64,000 nt of DNA from an uncultured Solirubrobacterales bacterium (GCA_963705845.1 CAVPKX010000008.1:215514-279513), one strand, 5' to 3'. Shown: positions 50,020 to 59,639, counted from the stretch's first letter. The notes: generated by a model from the letters alone, not told the origin. Translations and numbers: made by a program.

Positions 50020-50037
50020 GGGGTGCGAGGAGAGATT

Positions 50038-51330
50038 TCACCCGCTCACATCCGCCGCCAGTCGTTCGGCACGCATCGTGGCGGTCAATGCGTGGCCGCC
50101 GAAGCCCTCGGCGAGAGAGATCGCCTCGGTCGCCGGCGCGACCTGGCGCGTCCCCTCCTCGGTCAGTCGCGAATAGGTGCAGGTCTTCAGGAACTTGCCT
50201 ACCCACAGGCCGCCCGTGTAGCGAGCGGCACGACGGGTCGGAAGCACGTGGTTGACCCCGGCCGCGCCCTTGTCGCCGACCGCGACGGTCGCCTGCTCGC
50301 CGACGAACAGCGAGCCGTAGTTGCGGAGCGCGGCCAGGTAGTCGTCAAGCTGGGATTCGGCGACCTGCAGCTCGAGGTGCTCGGGTGCGAGCTCGTCAGC
50401 GAGGCTGATCGCCTCGTCTCGATCGCCGACCAGCGCGATCGAGCCGTGCGCGCGCCACGCCTCGCCTGCCACTTCGCGTGTCGGCCAGGTGATCAGCAGC
50501 CGGGCAATCGCCTCTAGGACTGCGACACCGAGGCTGCGCGAGGTGGAAATCAGCACCGCCGGTGAGCTCGGCCCGTGCTCCGCCTGGCCGAGGAGGTCGG
50601 CCGCGACCAGTTCGGGGTCAGCGGTGTGATCGGCGATCACGACGATCTCGGTCGGCCCGGCGAGCAGGTCGATCCCGACCTGGCCGAACAGCTGGCGCTT
50701 GGCCTCGGCGACGTACGCGTTGCCCGCGCCGACGATCATGTCGGCGAGATCGAGCCCTTCGATCCCGAACGTCATCGCCGCGAGCGCCTGAACACCCCCG
50801 AGGCTGAGGATGTGATCGGCCCCGCTGCTGGCCATCGCGTGCAACATCGCCGCGTCCACCCCGCCGCCGTGCTGCGGCGGCGCGCACGCGATCACCCGGC
50901 TGACGCCCGCGACCTTGGGCACGATGATCGTCATGAACGCCGAGGCGAGCATCGGGTAGCGCCCGCCTGGCACGTAGGAGCCGACCGTGCCAACGGGGAT
51001 GTGCCGGTGGCCGACAGTGACCCCGGGCAGCAGTTCGATCTCGAGGTCGGTCAACGTCGAGCGCTGTGCTTCCGCGAACGCCCGGACCTGCGACTGGGAG
51101 AACGCGATGTGCTCGCGCAGAGCGGGGTCAAGCGCCGCGGTGGCGCGCGCGATCTCGTCCTGTCCGACCAAAAACGACGGCGGGTCCCAGCCATCGAGCT
51201 CACGTGAGTACTGACGCACGGCCCGCTCCGGGCTTGCCTCGATGCGCTTGAGCATCTCCGCGACCGTGTCGCGCACCTGCTCGGTCGCCTGCGGGCTATA
51301 CATCGGCGCCTGCTTGAGGTACTCAGCCAC
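50038..51330 (-). CDS. Histidinol dehydrogenase family protein, HpsN-like subfamily
   Basis: YVPGGRYP, GAGNAYVAEAK, AGPTE, QAEHG, APEHLEL, NHVLPT, YTGGLWVGKFLK; catabolic context with no his genes nearby. Confidence 0.88.
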   Translation of the reverse strand: MAEYLKQAPMYSPQATEQVRDTVAEMLKRIEASPERAVRQYSRELDGWDPPSFLVGQDEIARATAALDPALREHIAFSQSQVRAFAEAQRSTLTDLEIELLPGVTVGHRHIPVGTVGSYVPGGRYPMLASAFMTIIVPKVAGVSRVIACAPPQHGGGVDAAMLHAMASSGADHILSLGGVQALAAMTFGIEGLDLADMIVGAGNAYVAEAKRQLFGQVGIDLLAGPTEIVVIADHTADPELVAADLLGQAEHGPSSPAVLISTSRSLGVAVLEAIARLLITWPTREVAGEAWRAHGSIALVGDRDEAISLADELAPEHLELQVAESQLDDYLAALRNYGSLFVGEQATVAVGDKGAAGVNHVLPTRRAARYTGGLWVGKFLKTCTYSRLTEEGTRQVAPATEAISLAEGFGGHALTATMRAERLAADVSG

Positions 51331-52130
51331 CGGCGCTGACCTCCGCGGTCCGGGCTGCACGAGCGACCGCTCGTTGCGCGTGCGCGCGAAGCTGGCTGGC
51401 ACTCGCGTCGACGGACGAGGCGCACAGGCGCGCGTCGGTGCTGTGCACGAGCACGGCCGCGTCCAGCAGGTCCCGCAGCTGCTCAGCCTGTTGCAGCGGT
51501 CCGGCGAGCCCGAAGCGCACGCCTGCCTGGTCGGCGGCGCCGCTGACTGCTCTAAGCGCGTCGTGCAGCCGCGGATCGCCCAGGCCGATCGGGATTTCGA
51601 GGTCGATGCACAGGTCGGCGATCCCGACGACCAGCGCCTCCAGTCCCGGAACCCGCGCGATCTCCACCGCGGAGGCGACGCCTTCCCTGGCTTTCGATCT
51701 GCAGCCACAGGCGCGCCGGGTCACGGTCCTCGTGGCGTGTGCGCCCGCGAAGCGTTGACCGTCGCGGCCCGTAGCCGCGCAGGCCGGTGGGCGGGTACTG
51801 CAGCAGCGTCGCGAGCCATTCCGCCTGGACGGCGGTTCGCACGTCGGCGATGACCACGCCGTCCGCGCCCGCGTCGAGCATCGCCCCCACCAGGCCTCCG
51901 GCATCGGACTGCGCCAGCCGGGTGAGCGCGAGCGTGCCGGCTGCCTGCGCTCCGAGGATCATCTCCTGCGCCTGCGCGCGGTCCAAAGCGCCGTGCTCGA
52001 GATCGATCCAGACAACGTCGAACGGTTCGGCGATCAGTTCGGCGATGACCGCCCCCGGAAGCGTGAGCACCGTGCCGATCAAGGGCAGGCGCGGAACGCC
52101 GGTCCACGCGATCGTCTCGGTGGCGGTCAT
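51323..52130 (-). CDS. HpcH/HpaI family aldolase, split by a 1-nt indel as sequenced
   Basis: WIDLEHG, LDAGADGV, YPPTGLRGYG, QIES, then VVGIADL. Junction at ~51690. Confidence 0.88.
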
Positions 52131-53552
52131 TCGCTGTCACCGGGATGGATCACGACCAGCTTGTGGTCAGAGAGCTCGCGGACGGCGTACTTGACGCCTT
52201 CGCGGCCAAAGCCGCTGTCGCCGACCCCGCCCCAGGGCATGAAGTCAGAGCGCCAGGTGCTGCCGCGCGGAGGGTTGACGTTGACGATCCCGGCGCGCAG
52301 ATCAGCGGCGAACCGCAGTGCGCGGTCGGTGCTGGCGGTCATCACGCTCGCACCGAGCCCGAAGCGGGTGTCGTTGGCGGCCGCCAGCGCCTCGTCCTCG
52401 CCGCGCGTGGCGTGAATCACGACTCCAGGTCCGAACAGCTCCTCGCGCCAGATCCGCGACGCGCGCGGCGGCTCGAGCACGACCAGCGGCTCGACCAGCG
52501 TGCCGTTGCGCTCGCCGCCGCGGACGACGTCGGCCCCGGCCGAGGACGCCTCGGTAAGCCACGCGAGAATGCGCTCCGCCTCACGCTCTTCGGTCACCGG
52601 TGCGAGCGTCGGTCGCAGGATTTGCGGGATCGCCGAGGACGAACTGATCGACGAGCGCGACCAGGCGTTCAAGAAACGCGTCGCGAACCGTTTCATCGAC
52701 GATGATCCGCTGGGTCGAGACGCAGTTCTGGCCCGAGTTGGTGTAACCGCTCAGCACCGCCGAGCGCGCCGCACGGTCGAGGTCTGCGTCGTCGAGCACG
52801 ACCATCGCCGCGTTGGAGCCGAGCTCGAAAGCCGCCATCCGCTTGGGCCCGGCTGCGCGCGCGATCGCGGCGCCCACCTCGTAGCTGCCGGTGAACGTGA
52901 CGCGGGTCACCCGCGGGTCGGCGACCAGCGGCTCGCCCAGTTCGGCACCGGAGCCGACCAGGCACTGCAGGGCGTTCTCGGGCAGGCCCGCCTCGGCCAG
53001 TCGCTCGACGAGGAACAGCGCGGTCAGCGGCGTTGTGCTGGCCGGCTTGAGAAGAACGGCGTTTCCAGCGGCGAGCGCTGGCCCGATTTTGTGGACTACA
53101 AGGATCGCGGGGTAGTTGAAGGGCGCGATCGCGGCGACAACGCCCGCGGGCTCGGGCCGGACGAACCCGAGCCGCCCGACGCTCTGCGGCGCGGCGTCCA
53201 TCGGCAGCAGCTCACCGGACAGGCGGAGCGCCTCCTCGGCGCACATCCGCAGAATGCCGGCGATCCGTGAAGCCTCAGCGTATGCGTCAGCCCGGTGCTT
53301 GCCCTGCTCGGCGGTGATCGTCGCTGCGAGCCCCTGCTCGCTCGCCTGAACGAGATCTGCGGCGCGGTGCAGAATCGCGGCGCGCTCGTGCGCGGGCAGG
53401 GAGGCCATCTGCTCCGCCCCCCGCTCGGCGGCGGCGAGTGCCCGGTCAACTTCGGCCGCGCCGGCACGCGGCACGATCCCCACGAGCTCACCCGAGTACG
53501 GCGAGCGGACCTCGAGCACTGTCTCGTCCTCCCGGTTCGGCCGTGCGATCAC
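52127..53552 (-). CDS. Aldehyde dehydrogenase, split by a 1-nt indel as sequenced
   Basis: APFNYP, LKPAS, FTGS, ELGSN, SGQNCVS, then EELFGP and GREG. Junction at ~52607. Confidence 0.92.
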
Positions 53553-54592
53553 CGTGTCTCCTGCCGCTGGCCCGCTCGCTCAGGGACGGGCACCAGCTGG
53601 GCGATTTCAAGCACGTCGCGGTTGACGAGACCATCGGGAATCCGGCCGGCTAGCACGTCGAGCACCGACCCGGTTGCCAGGCGGACCATCTCCCCCACCG
53701 ACTGCTCGCTGATCCCGCCGATGTGCGGCGTTAGCACGACGTTGCGGAGCTCGAGCAGCCGCCGGTTGCGCGGCGGCTCTGACTCGAACACGTCGAGCGC
53801 CGCGCCACGAATCCGCCCGGAATCGAGCGCGTCGAGCATCGCTTCTTCATCGACCACCCCTCCGCGCGCCGTGTTCACGAAGATCGCTTCGCGGCGCATC
53901 AGCGCGAATTCGCGCTCGCCGATAAGACTTTGCGTTTCGGGCAACAGCGGCGTGTGGATCGAAACGATGTCCGCGATGCCGAGCAGGTGATCGAGCTCTA
54001 CGGGCTGTGCGTTTTCACTAGCTGGTTCGTTTGGGTCGCAGAAGATAATCCGAACGTCGAAGCCGCCGAGTCGCTTGGCGACGAGCTTCCCGATCCGCCC
54101 GTAGCCGATCAGCCCGATCGTCCTGCCCGCCAGGTCCCAGGGCACGTGCTCGCCGCTGCGCGACCACTCACCACGACGTACCGCGGCGTCGTGCTCTGCG
54201 ACACGCCGAACGGCCGCGAGCATGATCGCGACCGTGTGGTCGGCGGTCGTTGATTCATTGACCCCGGGCGTTGTGGTGACTGCCACCCCGGCGGCCGATG
54301 CCGCTTGCACGTCGATTGAGTCAACGCCTACGCCGACGCGGGCGACGACACGCAATGCCCGGCAGGATTCGAACACTCGCGCGTTGAACGGATCTGTGCT
54401 GACGATCGCAGCGACCGCGTCGCCGGCGAGCTGACAGAGTTCGTCGGGCGTGCGGTCGCCAACCCTCGGTGCGCGTCGCATCAGCAGCCCGGCCGTCATT
54501 AGCTGCATCCCAACGGTGGAGGTTTCATCCGGGTAGTCGGGCCAGGTGATGAGCACCGACCGCCCGTTGACGTGGCGATTTGAGTTGTTCAT
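53549..54592 (-). CDS. D-isomer-specific 2-hydroxyacid dehydrogenase (SerA-like)
   Basis: RVGVGVDSID, GLIGYGRIG, NTARG, LDVFESEP, TPHIGG. Confidence 0.93.
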   Translation of the reverse strand: MNNSNRHVNGRSVLITWPDYPDETSTVGMQLMTAGLLMRRAPRVGDRTPDELCQLAGDAVAAIVSTDPFNARVFESCRALRVVARVGVGVDSIDVQAASAAGVAVTTTPGVNESTTADHTVAIMLAAVRRVAEHDAAVRRGEWSRSGEHVPWDLAGRTIGLIGYGRIGKLVAKRLGGFDVRIIFCDPNEPASENAQPVELDHLLGIADIVSIHTPLLPETQSLIGEREFALMRREAIFVNTARGGVVDEEAMLDALDSGRIRGAALDVFESEPPRNRRLLELRNVVLTPHIGGISEQSVGEMVRLATGSVLDVLAGRIPDGLVNRDVLEIAQLVPVPERAGQRQETR

Positions 54593-54604
54593 CGGACGGG
54601 TGAG

Positions 54605-54635
54605 AAATATAATCACTGAATGTCTCCGCGTTCAA
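54605..54635 (-). promoter_or_regulatory. Promoter with operator E (AAAT-ATA-ATCA)
   Basis: Minus strand TTGAAC-N18-TATATT; 18-bp identity with site D. Confidence 0.75.
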
Positions 54636-54711
54636 GCACGGCGTCAGGGCGACGACCAGACGGCCACCGATTTCAGGGTCTGTCGAGGCGCCGGCGAGTT
54701 GCGCTGGCGTC

Positions 54712-55446
54712 TTAGCCGAGGTTGCCGTCGGTGGCGGTGACCGACGCCGCGTGCTCACGTCTGTACCCCTCGACGGTCTCGAGGTGCTTCGCCATCGACG
54801 TCTTGGCTGCTTCAACGTCGCCGTTGGCGATTGCGTTGCGGATCTCCCAGTGCTCGGGCAGCGCCCGCTTCTTGCGGTACTGGGGACGCGCCAGCGGGTA
54901 GCGAGCCTTTAGCAGCGCCGCTTGGATCGTTTCGGCCATCCCGATCAGCGCCGGGTTGCCGGTCGCTCCGACGACGGCTTGATGAAACGCGACGTCAGCT
55001 TCGTGGAACAGTCGCTCAGACTCGGAGCTGCTCGGCCGCTTGACGCTCGCTTCCATGCGAGCAAGCGCATCGTCCATCCTGTCAACGTCCGCGTCGCGGA
55101 CGCGCTGGGCGGCGAGCCCGGCCGCCTCGACTTCGATGATCCGTCGGAACTCGAGGTAGTACTGCAGGACCTCGGTGCTGCGCGGACTGTCGAGCATGCC
55201 TCCGACGACGTCGGAGTCGAACACGTTCCAGGTGTCTGAGCCGTTCACGACGGCGCCTTTGCCGTGTGTGACCGAGATCAGCCCGCGCTCCTCCATCGCC
55301 CGGATGGACTCGCGCGCGACTCCGCGGCTCACGCCGAACTTTTCGGCGAGGTCCGCTTCGCGCGGTAGCCTGTCCCCGACTTGGATCTGGCCGTTGACGA
55401 TGTCGTCGATCAGCACGCGCATCATCTCTCGGTGCAAACGAGGCAA
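54712..55446 (-). CDS. GntR family regulator, FadR subfamily
   Basis: GDRLPREADLAEKFGVSRGVARE wHTH; FCD domain (RRIIE, DVAFH, EH). Confidence 0.95.
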   Translation of the reverse strand: MPRLHREMMRVLIDDIVNGQIQVGDRLPREADLAEKFGVSRGVARESIRAMEERGLISVTHGKGAVVNGSDTWNVFDSDVVGGMLDSPRSTEVLQYYLEFRRIIEVEAAGLAAQRVRDADVDRMDDALARMEASVKRPSSSESERLFHEADVAFHQAVVGATGNPALIGMAETIQAALLKARYPLARPQYRKKRALPEHWEIRNAIANGDVEAAKTSMAKHLETVEGYRREHAASVTATDGNLG

Positions 55447-55466
55447 GGCGTGGCAATAGTAGACGG

Positions 55467-55477
55467 TGGTCTAATCA
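55467..55477. promoter_or_regulatory. Operator F (TGGT-CTA-ATCA) upstream of the FadR gene
   Basis: Differs by one base from site C; about 20 nt upstream of the regulator start. Confidence 0.65.
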
Positions 55478-55588
55478 TCCGACAAGAGCGTCTACTGCGC
55501 TCCCGCCGCAGGAGCAGCGAGACAATCGCGCATCGGGCCTGTCCGTGAGAGCCGCCGATCCCAGATGGGACGCGGCCCGACTCGGCGT

Positions 55589-57013
55589 CTATGTCTCGGT
55601 GACCATCACGGCATCAGAGCTCCCCGTCGCGTTGGCATAACCGCCCTCCTGGGGTGCGACGGCCATGAACTGGTAGCGGTGCCTGCCGCCGAGGTGGAAC
55701 CTATAGGTCGACCGGAAGGCTCCGTCGGACTGAGCTCGCAACGTCTGGAAGGTGATCCACGTTCCGTAGTCCCTAACGCGATGGCGAGCGCGACCCCGAC
55801 CCTTCCATGTGATACTGACTGCACGAGCCTCGAGGTAGATCAGTTTTCCGCTCGGCGGACGCGGCGCCGTCGCCACGCGGCCCGCGAGCGTGATCACCGA
55901 GTGGCGGTGAACACGCCGGGGCGAGGCTCGAAGCGACAGGCTCCATTTCGCGCTCGTGCCGAGCAGGTGGTCGAATGCTGCGGCCGGGATGATGCTGCCA
56001 AGCTGGTCGTGGACGACATTGCCCGCGGCGTCGGCGACCGTGAGCTCGACCGAGTACTCGCCACTGCTGAGGGCCGAGGTGTCCACCGTGAACGCGCTCC
56101 CGCTCTGGGTGAGTGGGCAGGCGTTCCAGGAGTCGTAAGCACACTGCGCGCCGTAGTCGATCGTTTGGACGTTTGGCGCACTGCCCCCCGAGGGCGTCAG
56201 CGTAAGCGTTGCGGAGCGCACGCCGCTATCGGCGTCGGAGGCACTGAAGCTGAGCGACTGCGTGCCGGACACCGTGGCTCCCGCCGCTGCGGCGGTCGCG
56301 AGCGGGCCCGAGACGCTGGTCACGGTCGGCGGGACTGCGTCGGCGAGCGTGAGCAGGACGTTTCTAAGAGCGGGCACACGGACGTTGTCGGCGAAGTTGC
56401 AGGTCGGCGACGAGTCATCTGTCGTGCAGTTGACGAAAGCCTCGAAGTCGCGAGCGCCCCCAGGCAGGCGCCAGCTCTCATTGGCGGTGTAGTCGTCGCT
56501 GGCGCCGTAGGGAAGCTCAACCATGCCGGGGAGTTGCTGGCCCGCTGAGGAGAACCCGAGGTAAGCGTCGTCACCGGTCACCGGCGACGCGATCGCCTCG
56601 GCGGACAGCGACTGGATCGTCACATCGGGGGCGCTCGCCGGGACGTTGAGGGCGAGCCCGACTTGACTGCCGCTGCTGCCGTTCTCGGTTACGGCGCCGG
56701 CCTGACCGTTGCTGAAGACGTAGTCGCCAATCGTTCCTCCAGCCGAGCAGCCGTTGCTAAGCACAGTGCTCGCCTGGGTGTTGATGCCGTACACCGACCA
56801 GCCCGGCGCGACCGAGGGGGTGTTGGTCCCGCACTGATACATCGGGTACGTTCCGGCGCTCGCCGCCGGCGCGGCTATCAGCATCCCAGCCGTCATGAGC
56901 CCGCCTGCGAGTCTCGCGGCTGCGATCCGACGCGTTGATCGGGCTCGGCGCTTGTGATGCGTGGCAGCTTGGACTGCTGGTTTCATCTGGATCGTGGTGG
57001 TGTTGGATTTCAT
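55589..57013 (-). CDS. Secreted protein with Ig-like and conserved Arg-rich C-terminal domain (paralog 2)
   Basis: ATG 57013 overlaps the upstream stop; signal ending ASA|GTY; VADAAGN; shared C-terminal domain. Confidence 0.85.
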   Translation of the reverse strand: MKSNTTTIQMKPAVQAATHHKRRARSTRRIAAARLAGGLMTAGMLIAAPAASAGTYPMYQCGTNTPSVAPGWSVYGINTQASTVLSNGCSAGGTIGDYVFSNGQAGAVTENGSSGSQVGLALNVPASAPDVTIQSLSAEAIASPVTGDDAYLGFSSAGQQLPGMVELPYGASDDYTANESWRLPGGARDFEAFVNCTTDDSSPTCNFADNVRVPALRNVLLTLADAVPPTVTSVSGPLATAAAAGATVSGTQSLSFSASDADSGVRSATLTLTPSGGSAPNVQTIDYGAQCAYDSWNACPLTQSGSAFTVDTSALSSGEYSVELTVADAAGNVVHDQLGSIIPAAAFDHLLGTSAKWSLSLRASPRRVHRHSVITLAGRVATAPRPPSGKLIYLEARAVSITWKGRGRARHRVRDYGTWITFQTLRAQSDGAFRSTYRFHLGGRHRYQFMAVAPQEGGYANATGSSDAVMVTET

Positions 57014-58404
57014 AGCGCCAGGCCAGCTCCGCGAGTTCGCACGTTCTCGGTGACCGTCACCGCAGCCGAGGCACCCGTCGGGTTGGCGTAGCCGCCCTCC
57101 TGAGGTGCGACCGCTTGGAATTGGTAGCGGTGAACGCCACCGAGCCGGAACCTGTAGGTCGATCTGAAGGCTCCGTCTGCCTGCGCCTGCAGCGCTTGGA
57201 AGATGATCCACCGCCCGCCCTCTATCACGCGATGGCGAGCGCGGCCCCGGCCCTTCCATGCGAGCGCGACACTACGGGCCTGTAGGTAGACGAGCTTCCC
57301 GTCCGGGGGCTGAGGCGACGTGCTCACCCGACCGGCAAGCGTAATCCGCGTGTGAAGGCGAACCCGCCGGGGCCAGACGCGCAACGACACGCTCCACCGC
57401 AAGGCACTGCCCGGCGGAGCGGCGTTCTGCGTGACGATCGTGCCGTCGAACGCCGGCGTGGTGTTGCCGGCGGCGTCGGAGATCGCGATCTGAACGTCGT
57501 GGGCTCCGTCGGCGAGGTCGGCGGTGTTGAAGCTGAACGTCCCGGAGGCGCTCGACGGGCAGGGGACCACGTAGTTGAAGACGAGGCTCCCGTCGGCGTT
57601 CTGGCGCGTGGGCTGGCACCGGCCGCCGTTGGTGTTGGGAATCGCCGACGCCACGGTCCGGCCGTCGATGATCAGCGACGCCGAGTAGACGCCCGAGCCG
57701 TTGTCGCTCGCGCTGTAGCTAACGGTCTGTGTGCCCGTGTGCACGCCGCCGGCGACCAGCGAGCCGAACACCGGGCCGGCGCTCGGAGAGGTCGCCTGGG
57801 TCAGCTGGATGTCGCCGCCGTAGATGCGGATCTCGTCGTCCTCGCTCGAAGCGGGGCACACGCCGCCCGACCCTCCACCGCACGCGGCGATGACGGCGAT
57901 CTGATGGGCGTTCAGCCCGCTCGCGCCTACGACGCTGGCCGATGAGCTCGTCGTGCTTCCCTCGCCGCTGCAGCCGAGACCCTGCGAGCATGCGTCGATC
58001 GCCTGCCCGTCGTAGCTGATCGTGTTGACTGGCGCCCCATAAGGCTGGGCGGGGGCTGCTTCGTCCCACCGCCACAGCGAGAACGATGTGATCGAGGTAT
58101 TCGCCGGGGCATTGAAGAGCAGCGTGCCGTTGTCGGTGTAGTTGTGGCTGACGCCGGCATAGAGCGCCGCGTCCATGTAGCCGCCGCCGTCGCAGCCGCT
58201 CGCCCCGACGAACTGTCCCCGCTGCGACGCGGTCCAGCCGCTCGAGTTCGACGGCGCGCCGGTGCTCAAGTCCGAGCAGACCTCGACGTGATAGTCAGCA
58301 CGGGCTGCCGCGGCCCACAAGAACGACGCGGCTTCGAGCGTCGCTATCACGTAGCCGGTGCGACGTCCCCAGCTAGCAAGGAAGCGGCGGTGGTAAGTGT
58401 GCAT
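57010..58404 (-). CDS. Secreted protein with Ig-like and conserved Arg-rich C-terminal domain (paralog 3)
   Basis: Signal ending ARA|DY; ISDAAGN; shared C-terminal domain. Confidence 0.85.
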   Translation of the reverse strand: MHTYHRRFLASWGRRTGYVIATLEAASFLWAAAARADYHVEVCSDLSTGAPSNSSGWTASQRGQFVGASGCDGGGYMDAALYAGVSHNYTDNGTLLFNAPANTSITSFSLWRWDEAAPAQPYGAPVNTISYDGQAIDACSQGLGCSGEGSTTSSSASVVGASGLNAHQIAVIAACGGGSGGVCPASSEDDEIRIYGGDIQLTQATSPSAGPVFGSLVAGGVHTGTQTVSYSASDNGSGVYSASLIIDGRTVASAIPNTNGGRCQPTRQNADGSLVFNYVVPCPSSASGTFSFNTADLADGAHDVQIAISDAAGNTTPAFDGTIVTQNAAPPGSALRWSVSLRVWPRRVRLHTRITLAGRVSTSPQPPDGKLVYLQARSVALAWKGRGRARHRVIEGGRWIIFQALQAQADGAFRSTYRFRLGGVHRYQFQAVAPQEGGYANPTGASAAVTVTENVRTRGAGLAL

Positions 58405-58416
58405 GGTCTCGCTCCG

Positions 58417-58803
58417 TCATGTCGATTGATTACGTTTCGCTCCACGAAGCCGGCGAAGCGTAGGCCCGGATCCCGCGAAAGTCCCGGATTTGCAAGGGCG
58501 TCTCGCGCGGGTGAGATCTCCGCCAGAGTTGGTCGAGCCGAGTGCCTCGCTGACGCGCCATGCGGCGATCGAGCCCGTGATCACAGTGGCCGGGATGGCG
58601 AGCAGAAACGCGAGCCGACCCGTGAGCAGGCCCAGCGCCAGCGAGGCGAGCAGCGCGGCGCCAACGCCAAGCCCGGCGGTGCCGGCCCAGGTCGCGCGGG
58701 CACCAGGGTCCTTCCATTGCACCACGTGGAAGGCGTGTGCGGTCAGGCCGATCAGCCAGCCTGCGAGCGCCGCCAGCACGACGATGACGGTCGCGGAGAT
58801 CAT
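58417..58803 (-). CDS. Small membrane protein
   Basis: Three hydrophobic segments. Confidence 0.65.
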   Translation of the reverse strand: MISATVIVVLAALAGWLIGLTAHAFHVVQWKDPGARATWAGTAGLGVGAALLASLALGLLTGRLAFLLAIPATVITGSIAAWRVSEALGSTNSGGDLTRARRPCKSGTFAGSGPTLRRLRGAKRNQST

Positions 58804-58810
58804 GACCGCC

Positions 58811-59311
58811 TCATAGCCCCGGGATCTCGGCAGGCGCGTGACCCATCGCGCGGACTAGGCGACCGCCGTTCTCGCAGGAGATCATCGTCTTGATCTTCCC
58901 GGGATAGACCACGCCACCCTTGACGACAGTTGAGGTCGGAATCGCGCCGAGCAGCCGTTGCACGCGGCTCGAGGAGTCAAAGCCGGCCAGACGCGCGAGC
59001 TCAAGGAAAGTGCGCCGCTGGGGATCCTCGCGCCGCCAAGCCTCGAACTTCTCGCGCACCATGTCGATCTCGATCTCCCGCTCCGTGAGGCCGTCGAGGT
59101 CGCGTCGGTCGTAGGACTCCTCGATCAGCCGCATCACCCGCCACGCGCTCAGTCCCATATGTCGAGCGATCTCCGTGATCGCCTCGTTGCACTGCTCGAA
59201 GCGGCGGAGCGCCGCCCGCCGACGCGCCGCGCAGCTCTTGCACAGCCGGTCGGGGTTCTCGCGGCAGCTCGCACACCGTGTGGTCTTGAAGTTGAGCGCA
59301 ACCGTGCTCAT
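58811..59311 (-). CDS. Hypothetical DNA-binding protein (CxxC-CxxC plus HTH-like segments)
   Basis: CASC...CKSC, ITEIARHMGLSAWRVMRLI, FLELARLAGF. Confidence 0.7.
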   Translation of the reverse strand: MSTVALNFKTTRCASCRENPDRLCKSCAARRRAALRRFEQCNEAITEIARHMGLSAWRVMRLIEESYDRRDLDGLTEREIEIDMVREKFEAWRREDPQRRTFLELARLAGFDSSSRVQRLLGAIPTSTVVKGGVVYPGKIKTMISCENGGRLVRAMGHAPAEIPGL

Positions 59312-59549
59312 CGTCTTCTCGGAGGTCAGCGTCGTACTGGATGCAGTGGGAGTGGGCAGTCTTCAATTGGGTGTCGGCCAGACCGAGCCCGTTCCCCCCT
59401 GCAAGTGCACGTCGGCGCTGCGGGGTTCGGACACGCAACCGCGAGTCACGCGACGGAGTGTTCCTCCGGCCGAGCGTCTGGGATTCACCGGCTCGGCCGG
59501 CCGCCCAGCAAGCTGCGTGTCGCGGCGTCGCCCTCGCAGGTGTTCCGTA

Positions 59550-59639
59550 TCAGGGCAAAAAAAGGGTTGCTCGTCCGCGTCCTGCCGCGCCTGCGCCTCG
59601 CGACCCATGCGCGCAATCCGACTCAGGGCAAAAAAAGGG
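59550..59639. repeat. 17-bp perfect direct repeat TCAGGGCAAAAAAAGGG x2
   Basis: Copies at 59550-59566 and 59623-59639 (73-bp period), in the non-coding gap after ssb. Confidence 0.85.

Noticed and set aside
50038..51330. Histidine-biosynthetic hisD
   Set aside because: It sits in a catabolic operon with no his genes and has HpsN-like features.
9531..55557. 9-bp direct repeat GAGCCGCCG (9531-9539 and 55549-55557) as an island target-site duplication
   Set aside because: Short and GC-rich, so expected by chance; no transposase or inverted repeats.
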